Shown here: one piece after another, positions 9,421-18,694 of the stretch
How the letters are laid out: every line of letters starts with the position of its first letter
Position numbering within the stretch: the stretch's first letter is position 1
DNA from: Candidatus Woesearchaeota archaeon
GTDB taxonomy: Archaea; Nanobdellota; Nanobdellia; Pacearchaeales; GW2011-AR1
Assembly: GCA_964639615.1 (NCBI GenBank)
Contig: CAZXHH010000002.1
Span: forward strand, 8,290-72,289
DNA length: 64,000 nt
Reading direction: 5' to 3'
Notes under the pieces: model-generated
Told to the model about the DNA's origin: nothing
Seen by the model: only the letters and a program-made list of their open reading frames with translations
Databases searched by the model: none
Program-made: the position numbers and the translations under genes

Positions 9421-11547
9421 ATGGGACTAGAAACTATTCTTAAAACAATTAAAAAATCTTTTATATTTCCTTCAATCTTTTTTTGCTCTCCTCTTTTTTC
9501 TCAAGATATTCAGCATGATATTCCTCATATTGCAGATTCTATTATAAATTCTGCTTGGAATTATTATGATGCTAATTTGCTTGATTCTTCATTTGTGAAT
9601 TTTGAAAAAGCATATAATTTTTCATCTGAAAATAATAATTTAAATGGTCAGATAAGATCACTTTTGGGATTATCTGAAATTCATGTGCGAAAAGGAGAGT
9701 TTCTATTGGCGTCAGATAAACAACGAATTCTTTTAGAAAAAAGCCTTCTCCAAGGAGATTCTTTACGTATTGCTGATGCAAATTTAAACTTGGGTTTTTC
9801 ATTATATAAATTGGATTCAATTGAAGATGCTCTTAAGAACACTATGTTTGCTCTTAATATGTATGAACATTTACAGGATAAAAAGGGAATGCATCAAGCT
9901 TATACCAATCTCGCAATGTTTATGGCTAATTTTGCTCCTGGCAAGGCTAGAGATTACATACGTCAAGATTCTACTCTTGTTTCGGATTTAATTGCAAATT
10001 CTTCTGGTAGTGAACGTGATTACTTTCAAAGTAAATTTATTTTAGCAGTTGAAAACATTGGTTATACCTTTCATTCCGAAGGATTACTTGATATTGCAAA
10101 GCAATATTATGTTAGTGCAGATTCTCTTGCAAAAGCATGGAATAGAGAATTTAATTTAACTTCCATTTATAATAAATTAGGAAGTCTATCCCAATCTTCT
10201 GGTGATAAAGAAGAAGCATTGAATTATTATCAACAAGCTTGCGATATCGCAAAAAAATATAATGATGATGTAGGTTTAGCATTTACTTTGCTTAATTGGG
10301 CATCTTTGGATTTACTCAACAAAAATACTTCTGAAGCTTCAAAAAAGTTGACTTCTGCAAAAGATTTATTTGGTAACTCTGATGATTCTTTTTTTGAGCG
10401 CGAGTATGCAAATAATAATTATCAATTGTTCGAACAGAAGGGTGATTATAAGAATGCTCTTTTTTATTATCAAAAATTTAATGATTTAAAATTTGAAAAT
10501 CTCTCAAAGAAAAATTCTGCTCTTGTAGGTTTTATAGAAGCAGAATATCAAACTAAAAAGAAAGAAGAAGAAAATATTCGATTAAAACGAGATTTTGAAA
10601 CAAAAAATCGTGAATTAAAACAAAAGAACAAGCTTTTTTTAACAGCATCCGGTGCAGCGTTATCTGTTTCTGCTCTTTTAATGCTTACAGGTGCAATGTA
10701 TCGTAAGAAAAAGCGTTTAAGTAATATGTTAAGTGAGAAAAATAAAGAAATGCATGCTTTGAATAATATCCTTGAACTTCAAAATTCTGAATTAGAACAA
10801 GCTAATAAAGAGATTGATCAAAGTTTAAAATATGCTAGTTATCAGCAACGTGCTATGGCTCCATCTTCTGAGCAATTAGATTCTTTATTGGGACCTCATT
10901 TTTTATTTCAAAAGCCTAAACAAATTGTATCTGGAGATTTTTTATTTGCAAGAAATCATTCGGATTTTGTTTATTTTGGAGTTTGTGATGGAACAGGTCA
11001 TGGGGTTGGAGGAGCATTTACTGCCATATTATCTTCATCATTTTTACATAATTCTTTGATGAAAAAAAATTGCTCTTTACCTAGTGAAATGTTAACCTAT
11101 GCCAGAGATGAATTAATAAATAATTCTTCTTCCAGTGTTGTTGATTCTGGGTTTGATGGAGTAATTTTTAGATATGATAAAAAAAATAATGAGCTCATTT
11201 ATTCTTCTGCCAATAATCCTTTTTTTATTCATAGAGATGGTTCATTGATTATTCATGGAAAAAATCATGTTTCTGTTTCCCCTTGTGATACAAAAGGTGT
11301 TTTTGTTGACCACAAAGTTGATATTATGCCTGGAGATATGTTATACACTTTTTCTGATGGATATAAAGATCAATTTGGTGGACCTTATAACAAAACCTTT
11401 TCAACAAAGCAGTTTAAGGATTTATTAACTAATATTGGGACTAGTTCTCTTGAGGACCAATTAGCTAAATTAGAAAGTTCATTCTCTTCCTGGAAAAAGG
11501 ATGGGGAACAAACTGATGATATTACTGTTTTGGGCGTAAGATTTTAA
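9421..11547 (+). CDS. TPR-repeat sensor, TM, coiled coil and SpoIIE/RsbU-type PP2C phosphatase (bacterial, Bacteroidota-like architecture)
   Basis: Signal peptide ending LFS-Q; TPR-like repeats; TM ~aa 405-427; PP2C motifs VSGDF, CDGTGHG, FSDGYKDQFGG, QTDDIT. Confidence 0.88.
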   Translation: MGLETILKTIKKSFIFPSIFFCSPLFSQDIQHDIPHIADSIINSAWNYYDANLLDSSFVNFEKAYNFSSENNNLNGQIRSLLGLSEIHVRKGEFLLASDKQRILLEKSLLQGDSLRIADANLNLGFSLYKLDSIEDALKNTMFALNMYEHLQDKKGMHQAYTNLAMFMANFAPGKARDYIRQDSTLVSDLIANSSGSERDYFQSKFILAVENIGYTFHSEGLLDIAKQYYVSADSLAKAWNREFNLTSIYNKLGSLSQSSGDKEEALNYYQQACDIAKKYNDDVGLAFTLLNWASLDLLNKNTSEASKKLTSAKDLFGNSDDSFFEREYANNNYQLFEQKGDYKNALFYYQKFNDLKFENLSKKNSALVGFIEAEYQTKKKEEENIRLKRDFETKNRELKQKNKLFLTASGAALSVSALLMLTGAMYRKKKRLSNMLSEKNKEMHALNNILELQNSELEQANKEIDQSLKYASYQQRAMAPSSEQLDSLLGPHFLFQKPKQIVSGDFLFARNHSDFVYFGVCDGTGHGVGGAFTAILSSSFLHNSLMKKNCSLPSEMLTYARDELINNSSSSVVDSGFDGVIFRYDKKNNELIYSSANNPFFIHRDGSLIIHGKNHVSVSPCDTKGVFVDHKVDIMPGDMLYTFSDGYKDQFGGPYNKTFSTKQFKDLLTNIGTSSLEDQLAKLESSFSSWKKDGEQTDDITVLGVRF

Positions 11548-11592
11548 TGACCAAACAAATTTTTATAAACTAATAAATTTTGTTTTAATTAT

Positions 11593-11663
11593 GCGTTCCT
11601 AGTTTATCGGTAGAATATCTCGTTGCCAACGAGGTGAGCCGGGTCCGACTCCCGGGGAGCGCA
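11593..11663 (+). tRNA. trnG: tRNA-Gly(GCC)
   Basis: Cloverleaf GCGTTCC/GGAGCGC, anticodon arm TCTCG-TTGCCAA-CGAGG, T arm CCGGG-TCCGACT-CCCGG; no encoded CCA. Confidence 0.92.
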
Positions 11664-11700
11664 TAAATAAATCTTTAAACATGAATCTCTTACATTTAAT

Positions 11701-12009
11701 ATGGTAAAGAAAATTAATATTTATACAGGGTTATATGAAGAAGTTAATGATAATCCATTAACTACAGGCGAAGCATTATATGTTGCACAAAGAATGAGTT
11801 CTGGTATGGCCTGTCCTCGTAATATGGTTGAAAGATTTTATAATCCTCCTGTAGAAAAACCAATAATACCTAAAATACCTCAGATAGATAATAACATAAA
11901 GCTAATAGAGCCTCAAATAAAAATTCATATGGATTCAACATTAAATACAATTAATAATTTCTTAAACGATAAACCAAAAAAGAAAAAGAACATTTGGGAT
12001 ATAGATTAA
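11701..12009 (+). CDS. Hypothetical protein
   Basis: 102-aa ORF with TTTAAA ~27 nt upstream. Confidence 0.6.
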   Translation: MVKKINIYTGLYEEVNDNPLTTGEALYVAQRMSSGMACPRNMVERFYNPPVEKPIIPKIPQIDNNIKLIEPQIKIHMDSTLNTINNFLNDKPKKKKNIWDID

Positions 12010-12111
12010 TTCTAACCTTCCTATATTATATATAAATCTTACAAATAGTTATAAAAGATGTTACTATAAAGATGTCCTAATTATGTAAATAATAGTGTAA
12101 CTTCAAAAGGA

Positions 12112-12138
12112 TAACAAAATAGAAACATTTATAAAGTT
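12112..12138 (+). promoter_or_regulatory. Extended BRE/TATA promoter, near-identical to the one at 5140-5166
   Basis: TAACAAAATAGAAACATTTATAAAGTT, 19 nt before ATG 12158. Confidence 0.65.
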
Positions 12139-12157
12139 CTTTTTTCTCGAAAAAGCT

Positions 12158-13519
12158 ATGAGAAAAACAAAGTCACTTTTAAATGACAAAATAAAGAGCG
12201 TAAAAAATACTCTAGCAGGTTTAGCTATGACTGGACTTGGATTAATTGTTGCTTCACAAGATGTTGATGCACAAAAAACAAAATTTCCAGAAAATCAAGA
12301 TCATGGTGCTGCATTCTATAAAGGAAAAACAAATTCAGTTTACAGCTTAGAAGAAAAAGTATTTTATAATGCAATAACTGGAAAAGAAGAAAGATTCTAT
12401 ATGCAATATGTTGATAAGAATAAATATGCTAATGATTTAGATATTGTTGCTCTTGATTTCTATAAAACTATTCCAAAAATGAATCTTCAAACTGGAAAAG
12501 TTGGAGAATTAAGATCAGAAGATGGAAGTTATTATTTTACACCAGAAAAATTAGCAGATGGTAAAGAAGCTAATTCTATAGTTATAGAAAATTTGCACAT
12601 TGCAGATTGGTGTGATGATCAGATAAGAGAAAGAGCAGGTGTTGAAAAAGGAATAAATTATATTTCAATAACTGATATGGAAAAATTACTTCCAGAACAA
12701 GAAAGATTAAGATTAGGGGATAACAGAAAATTCATAGTCCTTACAGTTCCTAAAGAACTTCAAGTAAAAGGAAAAACAAATTACTATTTAGTTCCAGTTG
12801 ATGCAGAACACGAAATTGGATTCAATCCTGTAACTAAGAAACTTACACTCTATGGAAAAGTATACAGAGGAAATTTAGATGAAACACCAGTAAAAGTTGA
12901 TGCAAAGACAGGTGTTGCTTCTCCTATTGGAACTAATTTAAACAGAGATGAATCTTTTCAAGAATCAAAATCAGATAGTGCAGAAGTAAAACAACCAAAA
13001 GAAAAGAAACCGTCTAAATTATCTTTAATAGTAGGTGGAGAAGGAGATGGTAATGCTTTTTGGACAGGAGAATTAGGAGTTCAATACGGACCTATTGCTA
13101 TTGTAGGAGACATGGGTAAAGGAGCAAATGAATATTTTGCAAAAGACATAACAACAACTGCTTCACCAATAACAGGAAGATACGGATATGGAAGAACAGA
13201 TATTACTGATGTTAAAGTTAAAGGTGCTAAAGCAGAAGTTCATATACTTAATGATAAGGCAATTTCTCCTTTTGCTGCATTTGGATTAAATAATTATAAT
13301 TACAATGTAAAAGATACTGAAGAAATATTAGATGCTAACGGAAATATTGTAAAGCAAAATGTTAATACAAGAACAGATTCAGAAAATTCTATGCAAGGAG
13401 TTGTTGGAACAAACATAAGACTTGGAAAAAACGGAAAAACAAAATTAAGAGTAGAAGCAGGATATGATACTAAAGCTAAATTCTTCGGAGGAGCAGGCTT
13501 TTCTTTTGACATAAATTAA
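12158..13519 (+). CDS. Exported protein with C-terminal outer-membrane beta-barrel-like domain
   Basis: Signal-like segment ending VDA-Q; C-terminal ~165 aa of alternating amphipathic strands (ISPFAAFGLNNY, LRVEAGY, FFGGAGFSF). Confidence 0.55.
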   Translation: MRKTKSLLNDKIKSVKNTLAGLAMTGLGLIVASQDVDAQKTKFPENQDHGAAFYKGKTNSVYSLEEKVFYNAITGKEERFYMQYVDKNKYANDLDIVALDFYKTIPKMNLQTGKVGELRSEDGSYYFTPEKLADGKEANSIVIENLHIADWCDDQIRERAGVEKGINYISITDMEKLLPEQERLRLGDNRKFIVLTVPKELQVKGKTNYYLVPVDAEHEIGFNPVTKKLTLYGKVYRGNLDETPVKVDAKTGVASPIGTNLNRDESFQESKSDSAEVKQPKEKKPSKLSLIVGGEGDGNAFWTGELGVQYGPIAIVGDMGKGANEYFAKDITTTASPITGRYGYGRTDITDVKVKGAKAEVHILNDKAISPFAAFGLNNYNYNVKDTEEILDANGNIVKQNVNTRTDSENSMQGVVGTNIRLGKNGKTKLRVEAGYDTKAKFFGGAGFSFDIN

Positions 13520-13520
13520 A

Positions 13521-15173
13521 ATGAACACTCTTAAACTATTACCTATATTAATATTAAGCATGTTTTTAATTAGCACTGCAAGTGCTGTAGCTGTTTATGG
13601 TGATTGGCAAGGTTCAACTCAAGATGCAACAATCACAGATGGACAAAACATAATGTTTAATACAGATTTTATCTCTGTAAATCCACCTATAACACTTAGT
13701 ATTAAATTATATGATTCTTCATCAAATTTAATTTATTCTTTTGAAAACTCAAAAGTTGTAAATAATTACAGTTTCTTCAATTCATACGAACTTACTGATG
13801 CAATTTATAAAAATCCAGGAAACTATGAAATAGTATTAACTGCTTCAGACAAATATTATTCTGACTCACACACATTAAACTTAAAGGTAAATGATGTTGT
13901 AACAGTAGATACAACTGCTCCTGTAATAACACTTGTTGGAGCAAGTACAATAAATTTAACTTTAGGAACAGCATACACAGAACTTGGAGTAACTGCTACA
14001 GACAATGTTGATGGAGATGTAACAGGAAAAATAGTTATTACAAATCCAGTTAATGTTTTTGCTGTAGGAACTTACACTGTAAGATACAATGTAAAAGATA
14101 GTGCTGGAAATTCTGCTACAGAAGTTACAAGAACAGTTAATGTTTTAGCTGCTGGAACAGATACAACTGCACCAGTTATAACAATTATAGGTGCAAATCC
14201 AATGACTCTTACTTTAGGAACAGCTTATATTGAAGATGGAGCAACTGCTACAGATAATGTTGATGGAGATATAACAGGTCAGATAACAATTACAAATTCT
14301 GTAAATATTTATGCTATAGGAACTTATACTGTTTTATATTCTGTTACAGATAAAGCAGGAAATAAAGGAAATGCTACAAGAATAGTTAATGTTGTTGCTG
14401 GAAACACTACAACTGATACAACTGCTCCTGTAATAACACTTTTAGGAACTAATCCAATAAGTATTGCTCTTGGAAGCACATATGTTGATGCTGGAGCTAC
14501 AGCATTTGATAATTTTGATGGAGATATAACAAGCAAAATTATAGTTGTAAACACTGTAGATACAAGCGCTGTTGGAACTTATGTTATAACTTATAATGTT
14601 AAAGATAATGCAGGAAACAGTGCAACTGAAGTTACAAGAACTGTTGGAGTATACAATCCAACTGATACAACTGCTCCTGTAATTCAAGTAATTTCTCCTA
14701 TTTCAAATAAAAAATACACTACTACTAATTTAGTATTTGAAGTGTTAGTTGATGAAATTGCAGAAGTTCAATTTAGCTTAGATGGAGGAAATAAAACTTC
14801 AATGGACTTTGTTGGAATGTCTGGAACAAAATTAAAATTCACATATAATGCTACACTTACTAAGAGTGCACACACAATAGTATTTTATGCAACAGATACT
14901 GCTGGAAACAATGCAACTAAAACAGTAAGTTTCTCAATGGATACATCAAAATCAACTAGCGGAACTAAGACAAGTTCTAAAGTTATTACAAATAATGACG
15001 ATGAAACTGAATATTTAAAACAATTTGAGAAAAAACAAGTTATCTACTTAGAACAAGATGAAAATACTTCAACAGAAAAAACTAGCGGGCAAAAACTATT
15101 AAACTGGTTAATAGGAATATTAATTGTAATAGTTGTTCTTTTAATTCTTGCTCTTATAAGCTTAAGAAGATAA
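13521..15173 (+). CDS. Cell-surface protein with three DUF5011/HYR-like Ig repeats, a further Ig domain and C-terminal TM anchor
   Basis: Signal peptide; repeats DTTAPVITL.G....G..Y...G.TA.DN.DGD.T...V....VGTY...Y.V.D.AGN; C-terminal TM. Confidence 0.88.
   Translation: MNTLKLLPILILSMFLISTASAVAVYGDWQGSTQDATITDGQNIMFNTDFISVNPPITLSIKLYDSSSNLIYSFENSKVVNNYSFFNSYELTDAIYKNPGNYEIVLTASDKYYSDSHTLNLKVNDVVTVDTTAPVITLVGASTINLTLGTAYTELGVTATDNVDGDVTGKIVITNPVNVFAVGTYTVRYNVKDSAGNSATEVTRTVNVLAAGTDTTAPVITIIGANPMTLTLGTAYIEDGATATDNVDGDITGQITITNSVNIYAIGTYTVLYSVTDKAGNKGNATRIVNVVAGNTTTDTTAPVITLLGTNPISIALGSTYVDAGATAFDNFDGDITSKIIVVNTVDTSAVGTYVITYNVKDNAGNSATEVTRTVGVYNPTDTTAPVIQVISPISNKKYTTTNLVFEVLVDEIAEVQFSLDGGNKTSMDFVGMSGTKLKFTYNATLTKSAHTIVFYATDTAGNNATKTVSFSMDTSKSTSGTKTSSKVITNNDDETEYLKQFEKKQVIYLEQDENTSTEKTSGQKLLNWLIGILIVIVVLLILALISLRR
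13908..14663 (+). repeat. Three ~252-nt intragenic tandem repeats (Ig-like units)
   Basis: GATACAACTGC(T/A)CC unit starts at 13908, 14160, 14415 and 14664. Confidence 0.85.
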
Positions 15174-15174
15174 A

Positions 15175-15447
15175 ATGTTAAATTACATAAAAAAGGGGCA
15201 AAAAGCATATTTTCTACAAACTTACGATGATAGAGGAAAGCCCAAATTTGAAATATACAAATTAAAAGATATATTAAATATAACAGATCATAAAGAAGCA
15301 TGTGGATATGGAAAAGTAATAAGAGAAGAAGATAATATTCTACATCTATATCCAGGAGAAGTAAATCTAGAGCATATTAAAAAATACAATGAATCAAGAA
15401 ATACGAATAAAAGAATAGAAAGAGATCTTGAGTTCAGAATTCATTAA
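15175..15447 (+). CDS. Small hypothetical protein
   Basis: 90-aa ORF coupled to upstream gene by TAA-A-ATG. Confidence 0.6.
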   Translation: MLNYIKKGQKAYFLQTYDDRGKPKFEIYKLKDILNITDHKEACGYGKVIREEDNILHLYPGEVNLEHIKKYNESRNTNKRIERDLEFRIH

Positions 15448-15466
15448 CAAAATAATTTAATAAAAA

Positions 15467-15610
15467 TCATCCAGCTAAGCTTATACCACCTTTAAGAATC
15501 ATTATTATTCCAAAGATAAGAGAAAGCGTACTTGCATGAAATGCTACCATAATTAAGATACCTGCAAGTATATCCAATGCTCCCATAATTCTCAAAAGTA
15601 AGTCACTCAT
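15467..15610 (-). CDS. Small two-TM membrane protein (47 aa, not in ORF track)
   Basis: MSDLLLRIMGALDILAGILIMVAFHASTLSLIFGIIMILKGGISLAG; TTTATAA ~25-30 nt upstream. Confidence 0.7.
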   Translation of the reverse strand: MSDLLLRIMGALDILAGILIMVAFHASTLSLIFGIIMILKGGISLAG

Positions 15611-15664
15611 AAGATTACCTAAACTAATTTTATTATAAATTTATCTAAAATAGCAAAAATAATC

Positions 15665-15970
15665 TTAATCTTTCTTATCCTTAAAAGAAGTTTTATCTTC
15701 TAATTCACATCCTAAACTAAGCATATCTTTAGCAAATTCTTTTGCTTTAATGTAGGCAAGATTTATTGCTTCATCTTCATAATCTAATATGCCTAAAATA
15801 GATGTTCCACATGCTTCACCAAAGTCATGTCTTGTCACAACATACTTATCATTAAAACTATCGTGTGCTTCAAACCTAGAATAGAAGTTCTTGGTATCAT
15901 AATTATCTGTATCAGAAACAATGAAGATTTTTTTATTTTCTTCACTAATTAATTTGTCTCTTAAACCCAT
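15665..15970 (-). CDS. Small hypothetical protein
   Basis: 101-aa ORF with own TATA-like element. Confidence 0.65.
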   Translation of the reverse strand: MGLRDKLISEENKKIFIVSDTDNYDTKNFYSRFEAHDSFNDKYVVTRHDFGEACGTSILGILDYEDEAINLAYIKAKEFAKDMLSLGCELEDKTSFKDKKD

Positions 15971-16026
15971 GGTTAAAATTATTCATTTGATTATTTAAGG
16001 ATTATTATAATGAAAAATCAAAAAAA

Positions 16027-16097
16027 TGGTCGCAGGAGGAATCGGACCTCCGCCTTCTCGGTGTAAACGAGAGGGTCTACCATTAGCCTATGCGACC
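16027..16097 (-). tRNA. trnV: tRNA-Val(TAC)
   Basis: GGTCGCA/TGCGACC acceptor, TCTCG-TTTACAC-CGAGA anticodon arm; T loop TCCGATT; mismatches in D and T stems. Confidence 0.88.
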
Positions 16098-16187
16098 TTA
16101 TAAAAAATTGAATTTTTCAACACTTTTAAGCTTTTGCTTTCACAAGCTTTTTAAGAACAATTTTCTTAATTTAAGGAGGTAAAAGAG

Positions 16188-17039
16188 ATGATATATTTTC
16201 CAATTTTAGCTGCACTAGCATTGGCAGGAGGAACTATCTTTGAAAGGGAAATGCTTAAGAAAAAAAGCATGGATATTAAGAAATTTCATGTTCTAGAGTT
16301 TTTTGGAATAGTTGTTGCTATGCTTCCAATTTTATACTTTTTCTGGAAAATAGATTCACAAGCATTTGAACTCAAAAATATAATAATATTCTGTATAATA
16401 ATTGTAATCTCTTTAATCGCAAATATTTTTACTTTTTATTCTATGAAAGGTGAAAAGGTGAATAATTTAGAACCTGCGAAGATGCTAGAACCATTATTTA
16501 CTATTCTTCTTGCAATTATATTTAGCATGTTTTTTAAGGGAGTTTATAAAAGCAACACAAAAATGATTATACCTACCATTATTGCAGGAGCAGCACTTAT
16601 TCTTTCACATGTAAAAAAAGAACATCTAAATTTTAATAAATATTTCTTAGCAGCAATTGTTGGAAGTTTCTTCTTTGCACTTGAACTTGTAATATCTAAT
16701 TTAATATTAGAATTTTACTCCCCTGTAACTTTTTATTTTATAAGATGCTTTGCAATAATGATATTAAGTTGGATTATACTCAGACCAAAATTGAATAGAG
16801 CAGATGGAAAACTTAAATGGAATATTCTTTTTGTAGGAGCGATTTGGGTAGTTTATAGAGTTGCAGCATATTATGGTTATCTTAAAATTGGGATAATATC
16901 AACAACATTAATTTTAATGCTTGGAGCAATATTTACATACATACTTGCAAAAATTGTTTTAAAAGAAAAAATAAGTACAAGAAATATAATTGCATCAGCA
17001 GTAATTTTAGCATGCGTAATTTATGCTAATTTTTTCTAA
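16188..17039 (+). CDS. DMT/EamA-family transporter
   Basis: ~10 TM helices in two repeats, LEPLFTILLA and ILAKIVLKEKIS motifs; SD GGAGG upstream. Confidence 0.85.
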   Translation: MIYFPILAALALAGGTIFEREMLKKKSMDIKKFHVLEFFGIVVAMLPILYFFWKIDSQAFELKNIIIFCIIIVISLIANIFTFYSMKGEKVNNLEPAKMLEPLFTILLAIIFSMFFKGVYKSNTKMIIPTIIAGAALILSHVKKEHLNFNKYFLAAIVGSFFFALELVISNLILEFYSPVTFYFIRCFAIMILSWIILRPKLNRADGKLKWNILFVGAIWVVYRVAAYYGYLKIGIISTTLILMLGAIFTYILAKIVLKEKISTRNIIASAVILACVIYANFF

Positions 17040-17169
17040 TGAATTCAATCAGCAAAAATACAGAAATTAATTATTAACATTAATCACAATACAACCATGC
17101 TCAACTATTACAAGAATATACTAGTAGTCACAAACGATTAAAATAGAACTGATAATAAATAAAAAGAAA

Positions 17170-18294
17170 TTAAGGTATAATCTCAGGACCAAAATATCTC
17201 TCAAATTCAAAATCCTTCTCTAGAATAACTTTTTTCTCAAGAAGTTCTTTTATTTCAGGTATTCTTTTTTTAAGTTCCTCAATTAAGTGAATTATTGTGC
17301 AACATATTAGCTTTTCTCCTTCAGCAGGCCATAATTTTGCATAATTACTATAAAGACATCTTCCGCCACAAACATTTAGATAACTACAAGAAGTACACGG
17401 TTCTCCAACATAAATTTCTTTTAATTTAGTATTTGGCTTTTCTAAATCACCGCAATAAAAATTCTTTATTCCATTTGATATAGGACAACTTACAATCTTT
17501 CCATTAGTTGAAATAGTATAATTTGCAAATCCAGACCCGCATTGAAGTTTCATTTTTCTATTAAAGTATAGAGATTCAAATATCCCTAAAAAAGGATATA
17601 ATTTCAAAACTTTCTTTTTATTTTTCATGTATTTAATCCAAAAAGTAATTAATTTGTCAATTGAAGAATTGTAATCTGTAACAAACTTGGTAAATTTCTC
17701 TTTATCATAATCAAATTTGTAAAAGCCAGCATCAATCTGCCAGTGAACACTATCAAAAATTCCTTTTTCAATTAAATTTACAAGATGTTTAACCTGCTCA
17801 AAAATATCTGGAAATTCTAAAGTCATTCTTGCAACAATTTCTCCATTAAATCCATTTCTCCTTATCTCCTTCAAATTCTTTAAAACCAAATCATAAGTCC
17901 CTTTTCCCCTATTTTCATCTGTTCTCTCTTTAGTCCCATCGCATGAAACAAGCATCTTAGACAATTTGTTAATATATTCAAAAGGAATTTTATCTAAAAG
18001 TTTACCATTTGTTTGAATACAAAATTTAACATTTTTTTTACTCTTTTCAATTTCATCAATAATCTCTTTCATTTTGTTAAAATTAACAAGTGGCTCTCCA
18101 CCATAAAAAATGAGTGTATCTCCATCTTTCAAAAACTCTGTAACTTTCGAAGGTTCAACATGTGAATCACAAGGAATGTCAAAATCAAAGTCAAATTTCT
18201 TTTCAAGTTCATTGTTAAATTCCTTCATTGATTTCTCATAACAATATTTACACTGAGAATCACATTTTTCTGTTAATATAATATGGTAATGCAT
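17170..18294 (-). CDS. Radical SAM/SPASM protein (AF0577/TIGR04084-like)
   Basis: CDSQCKYC, FYGGEPL, QTNG, SPASM CGSG..CP..C..C.....CGGRC, C-terminal EIIP. Confidence 0.85.
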   Translation of the reverse strand: MHYHIILTEKCDSQCKYCYEKSMKEFNNELEKKFDFDFDIPCDSHVEPSKVTEFLKDGDTLIFYGGEPLVNFNKMKEIIDEIEKSKKNVKFCIQTNGKLLDKIPFEYINKLSKMLVSCDGTKERTDENRGKGTYDLVLKNLKEIRRNGFNGEIVARMTLEFPDIFEQVKHLVNLIEKGIFDSVHWQIDAGFYKFDYDKEKFTKFVTDYNSSIDKLITFWIKYMKNKKKVLKLYPFLGIFESLYFNRKMKLQCGSGFANYTISTNGKIVSCPISNGIKNFYCGDLEKPNTKLKEIYVGEPCTSCSYLNVCGGRCLYSNYAKLWPAEGEKLICCTIIHLIEELKKRIPEIKELLEKKVILEKDFEFERYFGPEIIP

Positions 18295-18333
18295 AACAAA
18301 AAATTAGAAAATATTCTTTTTAAGTATTTCATA

Positions 18334-18693
18334 TTAAGATTTTGAATAAATACAATCCACAAATTGTGTAAAAGCATAGATCATTTCACAATAAATATCC
18401 TCAAAATTTGCAAATAACTCTTCTGCTTTTCTCTTTGCATAATATTCGCTATGAAATTTAAGAGTTTCAGGAGAATTTGAAATTATATATTTCCCAAAGG
18501 AAGGTGTATATTCTTTATTGACTCCTGTCCTTTTACGTATGTCTGGCATTTCTTCAATTAATTTGTCGAAAATATCTGTTTCATTTAATTGCAAAAATGC
18601 TTCTCTTTCACAATCAGAGGAATTTGAAATACCTGCTACATAGAAATTATCTAAAATTTTTAATGGAAATTTTTTTTCAATATTTTTAGACAT
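18334..18693 (-). CDS. Hypothetical protein
   Basis: 119-aa ORF coupled to thermosome stop. Confidence 0.6.
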   Translation of the reverse strand: MSKNIEKKFPLKILDNFYVAGISNSSDCEREAFLQLNETDIFDKLIEEMPDIRKRTGVNKEYTPSFGKYIISNSPETLKFHSEYYAKRKAEELFANFEDIYCEMIYAFTQFVDCIYSKS

Positions 18694-18694
18694 T

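Noticed and set aside
13908..14663. Intragenic repeats as DGR template/variable repeats (also 31950-32860, 60720-61440)
   Set aside because: Repeats are in-frame protein domains, differences are not confined to adenines, and no reverse transcriptase is present.
15175..15970. Shared EACG in two convergent orphans
   Set aside because: No further alignable similarity; likely chance.
11664..16026. Integrated element between convergent tRNA-Gly and tRNA-Val
   Set aside because: No integrase and no duplicated tRNA 3' end (att) found; treated only as a variable region.
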